Source of the DNA: Antedon mediterranea
Taxonomy: Eukaryota; Animalia; Echinodermata
Assembly: GCF_964355755.1 (NCBI RefSeq)
Contig: NC_092676.1
Coordinates: 26,492,871 to 26,556,870, forward strand
Direction: 5' to 3'
DNA length: 64,000 bases
Shown: piece after piece, positions 25,596 through 37,313 of the stretch
How positions within the stretch are numbered: position 1 is the first letter of the stretch
How the letters are laid out: the number at the start of each line of letters is the position of its first letter
Program-made: the position numbers and the translations under genes
Notes under the pieces: generated by a model
Databases searched by the model: none
The model's input: the letters and a program-made list of their open reading frames with translations, nothing else
Told to the model about the DNA's origin: nothing

Positions 25596-28500
25596 TTATG
25601 ATGCCATCATGACAGGGCGAGCCTTCTTTGCTGCCAACTCAACACCTGAGCTTGCAAATCCTGTTCCTCCCTGCAATATAATCATACATCAGTGTTGTAA
25701 GTTATACAATATGTAAACATCATTTTTCTTGATATTTTAATCAGCTCAATTTTATAGTGTTTTATTCAGCCACTGATACCCACAACATTGTCATTTTTTC
25801 ATTGCTTACTTTATTTTGTATCTCCATTGAGATCCAGCCACTGACACTCAAAGAATTGTCATTTTTCAGTAATTTGCCATGGATTTATATTAAACTTGTA
25901 AAAGAGGTAAGGATGATTAATTTTGTGATTAAAAACATATATTACCCTTTTAAGTGTAATAATATCTGATTCTTCTAGTTTTTCTCCACTTTCTGGGTCC
26001 AACATGTCTTTCTTGACCAATTTCTCATAGCACTCTTGTGTAACAACTTTACCACTAAAAGAAAATAACATGTTGTTCATTATGTATATATTATATATTT
26101 AAGCTCTTAGAGTTTGCGAATTTGTTTTTTCTTTTTCTGTTTGTAAGTAATTAGAGTTTTTTTGATATGGATGAAATAATTCCAAAATAAAAGAAATTCA
26201 ATTATGCTGTGAGCAAACTTAGGTGATCTTTTAAGCTTGCAGTTTTGCAATATTTGCTGGGTAAATTTATCTAGTATAGCTACGCAGCTAAGTAATTTAA
26301 TTTAAAAAAACAATACCTTGGTTTTAAAACAACACATGGCACAGAGTTTGACAAAATGTCATGCGTCACTGCACATTTGTAGCGCACTTTCTTGGCAACC
26401 AGAGGTTGACTGTCTTTTTCGTCAGCAAGTGTAAAATTTACTGTTATCAAATCCTTCATTTTGATTGGCTTCTGGCTCATTGGACAATACACAGTTTTAT
26501 CCTACAATAGAAAAAGTTCCAATTTTATTTTTGTAAGGGTATTAGATTTTACTGTCTGCTTACTGAATTACGATGTTATGTCTTGAGGTGGTTTTCTGAA
26601 TGATTGTAAAATCAAGCGGTACTGGGTATGACCAACTAGCATTCTTGTCACCAACTAGCCATCCAGTCATAGAGGTACTGATGTAGCAGCCTATCTGTAC
26701 GGCAACTATAAAATGTGATCCGAGACATGACCCACCCTGACTTTTAGTTGATAGACGATTGAAAAATTTGTTATGAAGAGTTGTACTGTACATGGATGTT
26801 TAATGAAAGGCCCTACATACTAGCCATATTAACAGTAAAGTTTGTTAGTATAAACAATTTTGAGTTAATAAGATACAAGGAAAAAAAGCAAAGAGACTAT
26901 GGAGTGGCTATTCCTGAATATACAATACTAAGTTTCGTAGTTGAAATTATAAATTGTAGGCGAGGTCAAAGGTCAAGCGCCTATAGCCTGCCACGTTTTG
27001 ATATTCAATATTGGAATAAGATAGAATAAGTGGTTGTTTGCTGTTCAGTTTTTAACATTTGAATGCCGCATTGGTGGGAGAGAAAAAGTTGTTTAAAAAC
27101 ATTTTAATACCTAATATTGATGTTTCTCCTTACTTACTGGTTTCTTTAGTTTTGTTGCCGTTGCTTGTGGTGTTTGAGAAGGAATCCAAAAGCTGGGTAG
27201 TTGTTTTGATCTATCTGGCTGTACTGTACTAGTGCCTGGAACAGAGTCTACATCATTTTGTAACTTCTGCTTCTTGGCAGATGGTGCTTCAGTAAATGGG
27301 TTAATTGGCTTGCTAACAATACTGCTTTCTGTGGTTTAAATTAAGCAGAAACACATGATGATAAAGAATAAATAATATTTCATAAACTTCTTAGTTATCA
27401 AAATGTAACTCTTCAATTGATGTACAAGAATAATTAATGGAGTGGAGTTGTGGTTATGGGTACCAATCCAAGGGTCCTGGGTTCAAATCTTGTCAGTGTC
27501 AGGATTTTTCTAATGGACATTTATAACTCCACTCCCAAAGACTTGGAATAATACTTTTTTTATGTAGAGCATCTTATGTATATGTTTGTCTTGTGAACGG
27601 GATTGCCACCTTTAAGAAGGATAGTGAATGAATTTGCTTATGGTTATCCTGGCAATTTTCCTAAACACTGGTTTATAACAAAAATACAGTACCTTGTTTT
27701 ACAAATGCTCTCTTTCTTTCTTCGACTTTGGATTCTAAAGTATTTGATTCTTCCTCCTATAAAGTAAAAGTAAAGATTATTAATAAGGTTAAATAATTAA
27801 TGCTCCTGACTTAAAAGAAGTCCTCAAGATTAAATATAAAAGTTCCTGAGGGGATTTACTTTTTAAGAATTCTGTTTTATATACACTGAACTCCCAACCA
27901 GTTATATTAATATGATGCATTGATGACATACTTCTTCCTTTTTCTTCTGTTTTTCGTATTCTTTCATTTTCTTTTGAAACTCCTGTTTCTTTTGTAGAAT
28001 ATATTCCAATATTGCTTCTTTATCATACAAATACCCACCTGCTCTGTATAAAAAAAATTTCAAGTCAGTTAGTACATGAAGCTATAAAATTAGACGCCAT
28101 GGTTAGTAATTTACATAAATTGGCAACAAATTCAAATTTAGCAATATTTTTAATTATTTTTAACAACATGATACTGATGATACAACAAACTCAAAATTTT
28201 GTTAAAATAGGACTTACGTTACCACAGGATTTGCACAGGGTTGAAGGGTCAAGTTACAGCAATCAAAATCTTTGACAGAATCTTTACTCAGCCTGGCATG
28301 CTTTGTCCCATAACCAGATGTAGCTTTAAGATAGTAATATCGTAAATTAATAACATATTAATATAATAAATTTTAAATACTATTGTAGGCATAAATTTAT
28401 TAAATTTAATCAATCAATATTTTTGAAAATTCACAAGATAAAATACTAAATAAGTAATATGTTTTGGATCCAACGTTTTAATAGTTCAGCTAGGTATACT

Positions 28501-28794
28501 GTAAGTTTGGTTTCAGAGGCCGTACTCTTTAGTATAACTATTTTTTGGCTAGGCCCCTAACATGCTTAGTCACGACAAAACGGGGCGCGGGCAGAAACAT
28601 TCTAAACCTGCCTTGGAAAAGACAAGATCGGCAAGCCTAAAAAAGATTCTAATTTGTATGCGTTTAACTGAATTGTACAGAATTTTGAGTAATTAAAGTT
28701 TACAAAAGATTAAGTACGTCATACCTGCATCTTTTTGACGTTCGTGATAAGTATATACAGAACCAGCAGTGGCATTTCTTTGATGTCTTGTCAT
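25596..28794 (-). CDS. NOSIP: Nitric oxide synthase-interacting protein (NOSIP), ~303 aa, 8 exons
   Basis: Exons 28794-28725, 28323-28218, 28043-27932, 27756-27693, 27328-27138, 26501-26317, 26054-25946, 25670-25596 join in frame (912 nt). Motifs MTRHQRNATAGSVYTYHE, SKDSVKDFDCCNLTLQPC, LPSFWIPS, CPMSQKP, YKCAVTHDILSNSVPC, GGTGFASSG...ARPVMMA. Confidence 0.96.
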
Positions 28795-29225
28795 TTTTCT
28801 AAGCTTTTCTTTCCCGAACGGCGACGACAACAAATGGATCCGAATTACCGAAATAGGCCTATAAGCCGTATGCGGGCGCCGTTTACTGTTAGTCACTGTC
28901 AAAAAATTCTTTTAATATCTAATAGTATATACCAAATTAAAATATTAAAATAACTTCTTTGTATTATAAATATTTATAAATGTGTTGAATTATTATCATT
29001 GACTATTTCATTTTTTTTAAACTAGAAAAAAGTGCAACGTACTTTCGATTGTCTATAAATGTATTATTCAATTTCAATATGGCGGCGCCCATGACAAGTA
29101 CCACACAGTACAAGAAAGCGAAAATTCTTCTCTAAAAAAGTACTGTACAGTCAGAATAATGCTTATTTGGTTGATTATAGTATGATAATCTAAAGCACTA
29201 CATTTTCTGCATACAATAAACAATA
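28795..29225. promoter_or_regulatory. Putative bidirectional promoter NOSIP/POLR1F
   Basis: 431 bp separate the divergent start codons. YY1-like atggcggc at 29078. Confidence 0.55.
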
Positions 29226-31876
29226 ATGGCGTTTTCAGGTGTCGGTGGAAATGTTGTAAAACACATTCTTCCAACGTTTTCTGAAGCTGTCGACCTGTTG
29301 AAGGACAAGTATTCGAGTCTTATAAGGAAAACTTCAATACGACATATTACTTTACCACCAAAGTATCTTGGACGACTAAAAGCTGGTGTTAATGACATCA
29401 TTAATGCTGATTTAGGGCTGTATTCTGACAGGTATATTATACTAATAATACAGTAATACAATACAATCCAAGGCGCTACTGCAGTTTCGCACCACACTGT
29501 TATATCTTCGACTTCTCGCTTAATTTTTTTCTCACACCCACATCATACAGTTTTAGGCCATTCTGTAACATGTTCCCATGATTTAGCCACCGTTATATTA
29601 CCTTTATCACAATAAAAAATGCCTTTCAAAACCGCTCTTTTTCCGCAAATACTTTGATCGAACTGTGGCCATTTTAGAATCAGAAAATTGCCAGAGCAGA
29701 AATCAATGTATGTTTTATTTTCTGTTTTTATTTTTAAACTGCAAAGAGTGGTTTTTATAACGAACCAGCTGTACATATCAAAACGGCAACGATATGAGTC
29801 CGTACATAAAACATTGATAGGACCTTTTAATATGAATAATAATACTAATAATGAAATATTAATTTAACCTCTATTTCGCCAGCTGAAAAAATTCTTGCCT
29901 TTCAAAACCAAATAGGCCTATATATGTGTAATTGGATTTTATAACACTGCCTTCTATAGTTTCTACATTTTTGGGGGAAAATGAAGCATACATTCTGGCA
30001 ATTAAGTGATAAATATAATAAGATGGCGAACATTTCGCAGTGTGTTGACAGCGAGTTCAGTATGGTTTAAAATGTTTGAAAAGTATTGTTATTTTAAAAA
30101 AATTACTTCGTAAGTGGTCGAATCGTATAAACATGTTGCATAATATTATGTTGTGAGTGTGAAAAAGGAAAGTTTTGGTGAGAAATCAAAGATATAACGG
30201 TGTGGTGCGAAACTGCAGTAGCGCCCAATCGGCGCTATCCACAATATCTATATTATTTGGTCATATATAACTAGTAATAATACTAATAATATATGTTTTA
30301 TTAAATATTTAGACTTGGTGGCGTAATGATAGCCTTTAGCAATTTGAGAATGTGTAAACCCACAGGTACAATTGTGGACGACCAAGCGTTTATCCACTTT
30401 GATGTTCAGCTTGATGAGATTATATTCAAGCCTGCTATTGGAAGTTGGTTGAAGGTAAAGAATGGCTTCAAATTACACTCAATTATCTAATAATATCTAT
30501 ATAATATAATATCTAGATAATTTTACTTGTTTGAACGATGGGAATTTCAATGGATGGTTAACGCAAGCCTCATTTTTTGTTTATTATTAAATGTTGAATT
30601 AATTTGCTTATTTGTTTTATAGTATTTTCATTTTCATCTGGTGGTTTCTTTATTCAAGGGTATCGTGAACAAGAAAGGAGAGAATTACATTGGATGTTTA
30701 GTACACAGGTGTTTTAATGCGTCCATTCCAAAACCAAAACATCAAGTAAACGGCTGGATAGGCTTTGACCTAGAACTAGGAGAAGAATTTTTGTTCTGCG
30801 TCACACGGCTCGAGTCTGCTCATGATGTTTTATCAATAGCAGGGATGTTCAATGACAGGTATTAATTCTAATTTAGTTAATATACTGTATTATACATGTT
30901 TTGCTTTCACAGTAATGAACCCATTTAAACAGGCATCACTTTCATTTCAAAGATGTCAACCCAGTTCTGATTAAAATGCTTACATACAATATATTTGTTA
31001 TCTATTCATATACAAAGTAAATACAGAATCGATGGATGAGAGCTGGATGGCTCTGTAAGGTAGTGATGAGGCTATGGCCACAGGGATTGTTGAGAGAGAT
31101 AACTAAAGGCAATGTACAAATCAATTTATGGGACTCTATCAATTGTGAGCTATGCTATGCAGAACAATTGTCACTATTGTAGTGTATGTTACACAGTGCT
31201 CCTGTTTACTTCGCAGTGACCCACTCAATGCTCGCATATTTACAGCAAAGGGTTTGAGGAGGAGTTTAAAATCTGTGGATATCTGCTCAAAACATCCCAG
31301 TTAAATACGCCTAATGTATTACCTTTCTTTAAATCTATCTTATTATTGTTACGTTTCAGTGAACAAAATTATGATTTAGCTGATGGAGCTTTACCAAATG
31401 AACATGGAAGTAAAGTTAAACGAAAAAGTAACTTAAAAAAAGTGAACAGTTTACCAAATTATGATGAAGCAGAAACATTATCTAACATAAAAATTGAAAA
31501 TGATTCAGACAATGAACAGGAAACTGAAGACATTAAAGATGAAAGTAAACTATTACATAAACACAAAAGTAAAAAAGCCAAAAAAAGGCAGCACGATTCT
31601 GGAGAAAGTAAAACATCGATTTGCAGTCCGTCAAGTGAGAAACACAAAATTAAAAAATCAAACAAAAGGCAGCATGATTCTGAAGAAAGTGAAACATCGA
31701 TGTGCAGTCCGTCAAGTGAGAAACACAAAATTAAAAAATCAAAGAAAAGGCAGCATGATTCTGAAGAAATGTGCAGTCCACCAGAGAAACTAATCAAGCA
31801 AGAAGTTGAAGAACATCCTGATGTGAAACAAAAGAAACATAAAAAGCACAAAAAACATAAAAAGAAATTGGAATAA
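29226..31876 (+). CDS. POLR1F: DNA-directed RNA polymerase I subunit RPA43 (TWISTNB), ~354 aa, 4 exons
   Basis: Exons 29226-29431, 30313-30454, 30659-30858, 31360-31876 join in frame (1065 nt). Motifs LPTFSEA...RHITLPPKYL, LGGVMIAFSN...DDQAFIHFDV...IFKP, GIVNKKGENYIGCLVHRCFNASIPKP, and a Lys-rich tail. Confidence 0.93.
29472..30225. mobile_element. MITE with long TIRs and 3-bp TSD (CAA), PIF/Harbinger-like, in POLR1F intron 1
   Basis: ggcgctactgcagtttcgcaccacac... / ...gtgtggtgcgaaactgcagtagcgcc, flanked by CAA on both sides. Confidence 0.85.
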
Positions 31877-32259
31877 TGTTGTTATATCAGCCATCAACGT
31901 TTTATCGATTTTTACTAGAGAAACCAAGACAAATTATTTTCGGGATCATGTACAGAAATTTATTTAGATATAAAACCTTAATCATTTAATACTAAATTTT
32001 GTAGAGAGAGGTTTGTAACGTAACAAGCCAGCCACGATTTGAATTTCAGTTAATATTTACTAATTTTAAATCTTTTATGCACAATAGTATTCTTGAATAG
32101 AAACAAAAATAAAAATGAACTATAAATAAAAATGAGTTTAAAATGTTCTGATTATGCTGACCCAAGTTAATAAAAAGGCTACATTCATAAACCAATAAAA
32201 CTGAACTATGTTATCGACTTTATTTTCAAATCACCAAAACATAAAAAGGAATTATCACA

Positions 32260-35200
32260 AATAATTAAGAACAATTATTACATTATCGAGCATTACTTTA
32301 AATTTTATTCAGTGCAAAAAACATGAAAACCAAAAAAAGTATAAAAATCTATGTTGCTTGTGCGTAAAGTACTTAGACTTGAATATAAGACCACCCTTGA
32401 ATAAGGTTCGCATGGGCTTATAGGGGCATCACTTCTGTAGAAGCTACCTCAAAACTTACCTTTCAACAAAATAGAATTCCATCACCTCTTAAAGCTAAAA
32501 CTCGTGGTAAATAAACAAGGCCAAGAGCCATAAGTCGCGTGCTAAAACGCATAGTGATACCGGACAGACAGACCGACCGACCGACATAGTGAACTATACG
32601 AGTCGCGTCCATGCAACTAAAAAAGTTATGTCTAAACAAAACCAAATTCTGAATAAAATAATATGTTTCTCACTCTAAAGTAGTTCCTTAAAAAACTAAA
32701 TTCTTAACAAAGGGTTAGGCCATTTACAATACTTTCAAGCTCTTTGAAAAGAACCCTCGAACCCCCTCTGGCTAAGGGCTTGGACCTATGTGGCGACTCA
32801 ATAAATTCGCTGGTTCATTTCTGGAAGTAAACATAATCACAAGAATTTACAATACAATAACTTATAACTAAATTTAGTAAAGCATTGGTATCTTGGGGTA
32901 TTAAATGAAGATGATGTAGCACAAGTACATGTTTAGTTAAATCCTGGTTTTCTTGTTTTTCCTCAACCACACATGTTCGTCTCTCTCCTCCACCTGTAGG
33001 TAGCACTACTGCTTAATCTCATATCGCACACCACACCTATCTTTATTGAACAAGACATTCCACCATTTTGTGAAATATAATCTTTTGCCATAGCATACAT
33101 AGTTCATTAGTGGATTGTTCAGCAGAGTGGAAATATGCATTCTGTCTCTTTTTGGCATTATCCTTATTTTAAAGTGGAAATGTCCAGATAATTTCTTTCA
33201 GTTTTAAAAGATGACAATTTTCTTTCTTACCAGCAATGCATTGTGAACCTTCTCTGAGCACCTTCTGTCTTCGTAATCAGTGTGTAGACATCTCAGCTAA
33301 TAACTTTAATACTTCCAACTTTACATTTGTACCTTCTGGTCCCGTCAGCTCACTGAGGAACGGGACGACATGGTTTGAAATTTGTTCTATAAACTTTTTC
33401 TAGAAAAAAAAAAGAAAACTATAGTTTTAGAAAAGAATTCTTTAGAATAAATATATAATCGTAATGGAATTAAGATATGCAGCAAAAGATAGAATTCTTT
33501 GGAAAAATTTATATAGATAGTGAAAACATGTAAGGTGACTGAATTGGACCCTTCATCATTATTTTGATTTGTGGAAGTGAATTTTTATTGCTTTTTTTTT
33601 TATTGTTCTGATTTTTGAAAGAAGATCTTATTTTGTTATTGATTCCAAACTTAGTAATAAATAGAAATATATAATCTATGACTGTACATTTACTGCATAA
33701 AAAATAAACAATTTTACAGTAGGCCTAACCCTTGTTTGCTAGAATTAAAGAAATACCTGTCCATGTTGTACATTGTGCGATTGGTTAGCTAAAGAACATA
33801 GCAAAGAGCTTATTTAAACAAGACAGCGATCTTTAGTTGCAATAGTGCATTATAATATGACTTACTTTTAGCTATTGCATTCCATTATTATATACCAAAT
33901 TTTAAGAAATCAATTTAATAATGTTAACATTTTACCTTGTTCTACAGTTTTCTATTTATTAATATTTGTTTAGACTTTAAGGGTGAGCACCTACGGTTAG
34001 TGTCTATTTACACAAATAATTAGTATGATACATATGATAGTAATTTAAATTATGCTTCTGTTTTTTTAATTCCTCTGTTCTCTACAGTATATGTAGTTAA
34101 GTTTAGTTAAAAACTTAAAATTGTGTTCAATATTATACATACAAAAATAATAAACAAAATCACGTAGCCTGCTTTGTAAGAAAAATACATCGCTGTACAA
34201 ATGATATAACAATTATAATAAATCAGAGTATATGAATTGCAAGATATTATTTATCATAATAATATTTGTTTAGAGCAGGCATTGATCATTGCTTTACATG
34301 GTAAAGTGAACAATTATAATCACATTCAAGTTTGAAAATCCGTAACAACAAACTATGGTGTGCTTCTATTGCGATAGGTTGAGTGTTTTGCATCCCTGAT
34401 TTTGAAATAATCACACCTACAGTAGTTTAAGAAGACTGCTCTGGTCATATTTGATATTTCAACGCAGAATTTTTTTTTATTCTCCAGTTTTGTTTCTGAA
34501 ATCTAATCTAAAATATTGTGTGGATGGATTATATTCAGTTAGTAAGTAATTGTTATTTAAAATTCTAAAGTAATACATTTATAGTGCCAATTGGAAACTG
34601 AGTGTCGGACTAACATTTCAGTTCATTTCATTATTTATTTGGTCTATTTGAGTATTATACATAAAAAAAATGAAATTGGGAGAGACCAGGGTCAACATAA
34701 GTGAACGTAATCACTGTAGCTGAGCTGGTGAGAACCTGCATACAGGAATACTGTATAGAGTTCGAATTATTATTTTTATTAAATAAAATAATTACAAATT
34801 ATTATTGCAGGATGGCTAGCAAGGAATTAAGTTTACTTGGAGATATAAATGTTAAACTAGAATGTTGTATATGTAATGGAAGATTAGAAGACCCAAAATC
34901 ACTTAGCTGTCATCACAGTTTCTGTCTGAAGTGTTTGGAGAAATGGGTTCAAACCAATCATGGCAAGCTAACATGCCCTATTTGTCGCAAAGAGTATCCC
35001 ATTCCAGTAGGAGGGCTTGAAAAACTTGCACCAAATACCTTTCTTAACAACCTCTTGGAAACCATAAAACAACATGAAGAGAAAGATGAAGCTAAAAGCA
35101 CTGCCTCATTGTGCGTCACTCATGCTAAACCATTAGAAATGTATTGTACAAAATGTAAAGTACCAATATGCATAGAATGCACTGCAATGGAACATGCTGC

Positions 35201-35490
35201 AGGAGATGGAAAACATGAACTAATTAACATTGTTACAGCATTTAATACGTTTAAGGAAACATCAGAAGACTTAAAGAAAGCTGCCAATGAATCCATAAAA
35301 AAAATAGAAAATGTACTTAAAGTAGTCAGAAAGAATGCTAAAGAACTAGAAGAAAGTAAAGATGCAAGTCTCACAGATATTGATAACCAAGTTCAAGAAA
35401 TGGTTCAATTAGTAATCAAGAAAAAAGGAGAAGAAAAGAAGAAAGAAGTTGAAGCAAATTATATGGAGGAAAAGGAAGTTAATGACGTAC
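32260..35490. repeat. Segmental duplication, copy A (paralogous to ~39088-42459)
   Basis: Near-identical non-coding and coding sequence throughout. The TRIM 3' flank at ~36770-36950 also recurs at ~48060-48250. Confidence 0.92.
32514..32622 (-). mobile_element. DINE-1/Helentron-associated (HINE)-like short element
   Basis: Present in duplicate copy A and absent from copy B. ttttag..acgcgact head, (GTCG/GTCT)n microsatellite, insertion into a T/A run. Related copy at ~57675-57790. Confidence 0.55.
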
Positions 35491-36500
35491 AAATGACAAA
35501 ATTAACAAAAATCATCTCTGAATTAAACACCAGTGTGAGTTTCTTAAATCAGTTACTAATGAGTGAGCCAGCAATTGCTATGAAATCAAGTGAGAGTGTA
35601 TTAAATACATTGATGGATGAAATTAATAAATCTCAAGAAATCAAACAAAATGACAGCAAACAAATTAACTTTATCAAAAACAAACAGCAAATTGATTTAT
35701 TGAAAGAAAATGACATTGGAAATGTTGTATTCAAACCACTTCCTATTAAAGTAGAGGGTGAGCCTTGGGGAGTAGCAAAGTGTGATAATGATTGCTTACT
35801 GGTTTCATTTCTCTCAAATGAAATTCACAAGTACAACCAATCAGGAGAATGTATAAGCAAGATTACACTACCAGAAGGTGTGACGGTTAGCAGAATGTAC
35901 AAAATGAAGAATGGCAAAATAGCATTCAGTGATGGAAGAAATAAATGCATTCAAGTATGTGATATGAATGGTCATGTGATTAAATCCATTGGTAAGGGTG
36001 TATTGACGTATCCACTTGGTATTCACATAGATGAGGCAACAAATGTTATATATGTAGCAGACGGGATAATTGAATATGTGTTCACATTTAACATTAACAG
36101 TGGGAAGAAGTTGAAGACGATTGGTTCACAAAAGAAAGGATCGTACTCTGATGTTGCACTTACAAAAAGTGGTAAAGTACTTGTAGTTGATAGAGGGCAG
36201 CATCAAGTATTATTGTATGATGACAAGGACAAGTCCCTGAAAGTACTCATCAATGGAGGAGTTGAAGATGGTGAGGTGTGGTACCCATATGGAGTTGTAG
36301 TTGATGAGGATGACAACATCATCATAGCAAGTGAACACAAACTACAACTATTTAGTAGTGATGGACATTTTATCAAAAGAATTGATAAACAAGAAGATGG
36401 AATTAGTTCACCACGTCAGTTATGTATCATTTCTCATAAACCATGTATGGTTGCTGTAGCAAATGAGGGTGACAACACAATCAAAATATTTAATTATTAA
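34812..36500 (+). CDS. TRIM-NHL E3 ligase (RING - B-box - coiled coil - NHL repeats; TRIM2/3/71-like), 562 aa, single coding exon
   Basis: RING CCIC...CHHSFCLKC...CPIC; B-box C..H....MYCTKCKVPICIEC...H....H; coiled coil; NHL repeats (PWGVA, YPLGIHID, YPYGVVVD, SPRQL). ATG follows the splice acceptor ttgcag|g at 34810. Confidence 0.93.
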   Translation: MASKELSLLGDINVKLECCICNGRLEDPKSLSCHHSFCLKCLEKWVQTNHGKLTCPICRKEYPIPVGGLEKLAPNTFLNNLLETIKQHEEKDEAKSTASLCVTHAKPLEMYCTKCKVPICIECTAMEHAAGDGKHELINIVTAFNTFKETSEDLKKAANESIKKIENVLKVVRKNAKELEESKDASLTDIDNQVQEMVQLVIKKKGEEKKKEVEANYMEEKEVNDVQMTKLTKIISELNTSVSFLNQLLMSEPAIAMKSSESVLNTLMDEINKSQEIKQNDSKQINFIKNKQQIDLLKENDIGNVVFKPLPIKVEGEPWGVAKCDNDCLLVSFLSNEIHKYNQSGECISKITLPEGVTVSRMYKMKNGKIAFSDGRNKCIQVCDMNGHVIKSIGKGVLTYPLGIHIDEATNVIYVADGIIEYVFTFNINSGKKLKTIGSQKKGSYSDVALTKSGKVLVVDRGQHQVLLYDDKDKSLKVLINGGVEDGEVWYPYGVVVDEDDNIIIASEHKLQLFSSDGHFIKRIDKQEDGISSPRQLCIISHKPCMVAVANEGDNTIKIFNY

Positions 36501-37054
36501 TGTATAAAATATATCATTACATTAAAGTAACAAAGTTAAATTAAAGATCAATTACATTAACTCCGTCTTAATTACACAAAGCTTAAAATTTAAATACAAT
36601 CTTCAAATAAATTGGAAAGATTTGTTTAAAAATAAAACTCAAAACAACAAATATTAATTTTAAAAATTTGATATGAGGTAAAACTTGGTATAATGACTAT
36701 TTTCTAACTTGAATATCATTTGAACTAATGTTATAATTATGTTATAATAAATAAAATGTTTTTGGTATATATTTAGTATTTTTAGAGTAAGCCTAATTTG
36801 TTACACTTACAGGCAAAGGCAGTTTTAGTTTTCCTAGTTTTAAATCATTAAATACAACATTATTCTTATTTTATCAAGTAATCATAGATGTCTATGGTAA
36901 TGGAAGTAGATTGTATCTTAATAAAGTAATCACATACTGTATATAGTAATTGTACTACTAGTAATTTTTTTTATAATAAAAGCATTTTGAAGTTATGTTT
37001 TTTGCATACAGGTCTAATTGAATGATTTATTTAACCCTTGTGTTTTTAGAGTAA

Positions 37055-37313
37055 TACCTTTTTCACATCTGCAAAATGTAACAACTTGTAACCAGGTTGG
37101 CAGGTCTCGAGTTTAATTGTACTGCGCATGTGTGTTGCTCTGGAATTTAACATAACCAATCACAGTACACTAATAATTAAATAGTGTGCCCATGACAATA
37201 CTTTCTCCAGAAATTTCTCCGGGTTCGCGTATGGGTGTATGAAAGTGTGTAATAAATCGGGGTATCAAACCTGGTTACAACTTGTAACAATTTACGCAGA
37301 TGTGAAAAGGGTA
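37055..37313. mobile_element. Harbinger-like MITE with TAA TSD
   Basis: tacctttttcacatctgc ... gcagatgtgaaaagggta, flanked by TAA on both sides. Confidence 0.8.

Noticed and set aside
29078-29137. ATGGCGGCG as the POLR1F start codon
   Set aside because: The frame closes after 19 codons; RPA43 homology begins from ATG 29226.
31459-31851. 130-aa hydrophobic minus-strand ORF (also 6230-6502, 22126-22371, 35120-35374, 42098-42346, 44875-45177)
   Set aside because: These are antisense shadows of real coding exons.
32450-32500. Small AG/GT-bounded minus-strand exon-like segment (also ~39290-39335)
   Set aside because: Stop codons in all three frames and no recognisable homology.
34701-34811. N-terminal extension of the TRIM ORF (599 aa)
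   Set aside because: It starts at GTG, contains a splice acceptor just before ATG 34812, and is disrupted by indels in the paralogous copy.
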